NCBI GenBank assembly: GCA_900550515.1
Contig: URSP01000001.1
Coordinates: 3,736-67,735, forward strand
Direction of reading: 5' to 3'
Source of the DNA: an uncultured Collinsella sp.
GTDB lineage: Bacteria; Actinomycetota; Coriobacteriia; Coriobacteriales; Coriobacteriaceae
Length of the DNA: 64,000 bases
Shown piece by piece: positions 62,517 to 64,000 of this stretch (the stretch's first letter is position 1; each line of letters opens with the position of its first letter). The notes below the pieces were generated by a model. It was not told where the DNA came from, searched no databases, and was given only the letters and a program-made list of their open reading frames with translations. Both the position numbers and the translations under genes were made by a program.

Positions 62517-63917
62517 GTGTGCGCGATAATTCATTTTGGAACTGACGGTTGGCGCGCTCGCGTCGATGAGGACTTCACTGCCGATAACGTTGCCCGTATC
62601 GCCGATGCCGTCGGCGAGTTGTGGCAAAAGACCAATCCGGGCAAAACGGTATATATAGGGTTCGACACCCGGCCCCTGGCGAGCGAGTTCGCTGAGCTTG
62701 CGGCGGGCGTGCTAGCAGCGCACGGGCTGGACGCCGTGCTCGCTTCGCGACCTGTTCCGACCCCTGCCCTTACGTGGGCGGCGGCTTATGACGGTGAGGC
62801 GTGCGGCGCGCTCATGGTGACGGGGTCCCATCATCCGCAGGGTTATCTGTGCCTCAAGATTCGCATGGGTGACGGCTCGACCGCCAACCAGGATGTCATC
62901 GAAGAGCTCGAAGAGACCATGGCTCCCGAGCCAATGGGGATCGAGGGGCAATATCGCACCGCGGATATCATTCCTGACTATATGCAGGCGGTGGCATCGT
63001 TTGTCGATGCCGAAGCCATCCGCGGCGCGCACCTGCGCGTGGTTGTCGATCCCATGGGCGGCGCAGCCCAGGGTTATCTAGCCGACTTGCTGCGCGAGCT
63101 TGGCGTTGAGGTGCACGAGATTCACGCCGGGCAGGCGTCTGACCAAGAAGATATCTGCCCCGACCCCGTTGAGCCGTGGGTGGACGCTTGCGAGCGCACG
63201 GTTATCGAGGACGGAGCTTGCGCTGGCCTGGTGACCGACGGCGACGCCGACCGCATCGGCGCGGTTGACGAGCGCGGCAGATATATACATCCGCATCAGA
63301 TCATGGCGCTCGTTTTGGGCGACTTGGTTCAATTTCGTAATTTGGAGGGGCGCGTCGTCGTCAATCTTTCGTGCTCGACGCTCGTGCGTCGCATTGCCGA
63401 GGCGCTTGGCTGCCGCGTGACCGTCAAACCAGTCGGTTTCAAATATATAGCGGCGGAGATGAAGAAGGGCGGCGTCCTCATAGGCGGCGAAGAAGCCGGT
63501 GGTATCGGCATCGCCGCACATATGCCCGAGCGCGATGGAATCCTCGCCTGTCTGATTCTGTGTGAGCTTATGGCAAAGACGGACGCGCCTTTGGGCGTTC
63601 TGGTCGACCAACTCGAGGACAGTTTTGGTAAGACGAGTTACGGTCGACGCGATTTACGCCTTGAGGCCGAAGATGCCGAAACGTTACGAACCCTGCTGCC
63701 GGGCGTAAACCCCAAGTCGATTTGTGGCAAGGTGCCGCAAAACGTTAGTCATATGGATGGCTTGCGTTTGGCATTCGAGGATGACACGTGGCTGCTGGTC
63801 CGTCCTAGTGGGACCGAACCAGTGGTGCGCGTCTACGCCGAGGGGTTCTCGGTGGAAGAACGCGATGAGTTGCTCGATGCTGGCTGTGCTTTAGCTAGGG
63901 GGACGTATCCGCTTTAA
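62517..63917 (+). CDS. Phosphoglucomutase/phosphomannomutase family
   Basis: FGTDGWR, TGSHHP, DGDADR, GEEAGG and RPSGTEP. Confidence 0.92.
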   Translation: MCAIIHFGTDGWRARVDEDFTADNVARIADAVGELWQKTNPGKTVYIGFDTRPLASEFAELAAGVLAAHGLDAVLASRPVPTPALTWAAAYDGEACGALMVTGSHHPQGYLCLKIRMGDGSTANQDVIEELEETMAPEPMGIEGQYRTADIIPDYMQAVASFVDAEAIRGAHLRVVVDPMGGAAQGYLADLLRELGVEVHEIHAGQASDQEDICPDPVEPWVDACERTVIEDGACAGLVTDGDADRIGAVDERGRYIHPHQIMALVLGDLVQFRNLEGRVVVNLSCSTLVRRIAEALGCRVTVKPVGFKYIAAEMKKGGVLIGGEEAGGIGIAAHMPERDGILACLILCELMAKTDAPLGVLVDQLEDSFGKTSYGRRDLRLEAEDAETLRTLLPGVNPKSICGKVPQNVSHMDGLRLAFEDDTWLLVRPSGTEPVVRVYAEGFSVEERDELLDAGCALARGTYPL

Positions 63918-64000
63918 CCATGAGACTGCCTTATATAAAGAGATGCTCGGCGAGCGGTAGTTAACGGCTGGCAAACGTTAGTCGGATCACAAAATGTGTA

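Overview
High-GC bacterial chromosomal window. Gene content and codon style suggest a gut Coriobacteriia actinobacterium (Collinsella-like; inferred, not searched). Left to right: the end of a SipW/TasA-type surface-fibre operon with a sortase substrate, an LTA-synthase-family gene, nitroreductase, kup with a KdpD/KdpE-like two-component pair, rlmKL, a HAD hydrolase, transaldolase, tex, a LysR-controlled SDR/MFS/Gfo-Idh-MocA cluster, a GGDEF protein, a MarR-ABC exporter operon, pdxK, an AAA/DUF4143-type ATPase, LMW-PTP, an MFS transporter, an apparent LpdD-like/IDI(NUDIX) fusion, LacX, an amino-acid ABC importer, an M20 peptidase, prfA-prmC-(toxin-antitoxin insert)-tsaC-glpK-upp, the F1Fo atp operon, murA, LCP, pepT, MntR, a homocysteine methyltransferase and a phosphohexomutase. 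I saw no rRNA, tRNA, CRISPR array or transposase. The most unusual content is non-coding: several families of dispersed, covarying hairpin elements (a 31-bp GGGACAGTCCC REP-like palindrome x7 plus a variant, a ~110-170 nt multi-stem element x4 with an inverted tip in one copy, a ~130 nt stem-swapped motif x2, and a 62-bp-period array). Protein-level oddities include the LpdD-IDI fusion, a degenerate RlmL domain and an acidic insertion in PrmC.
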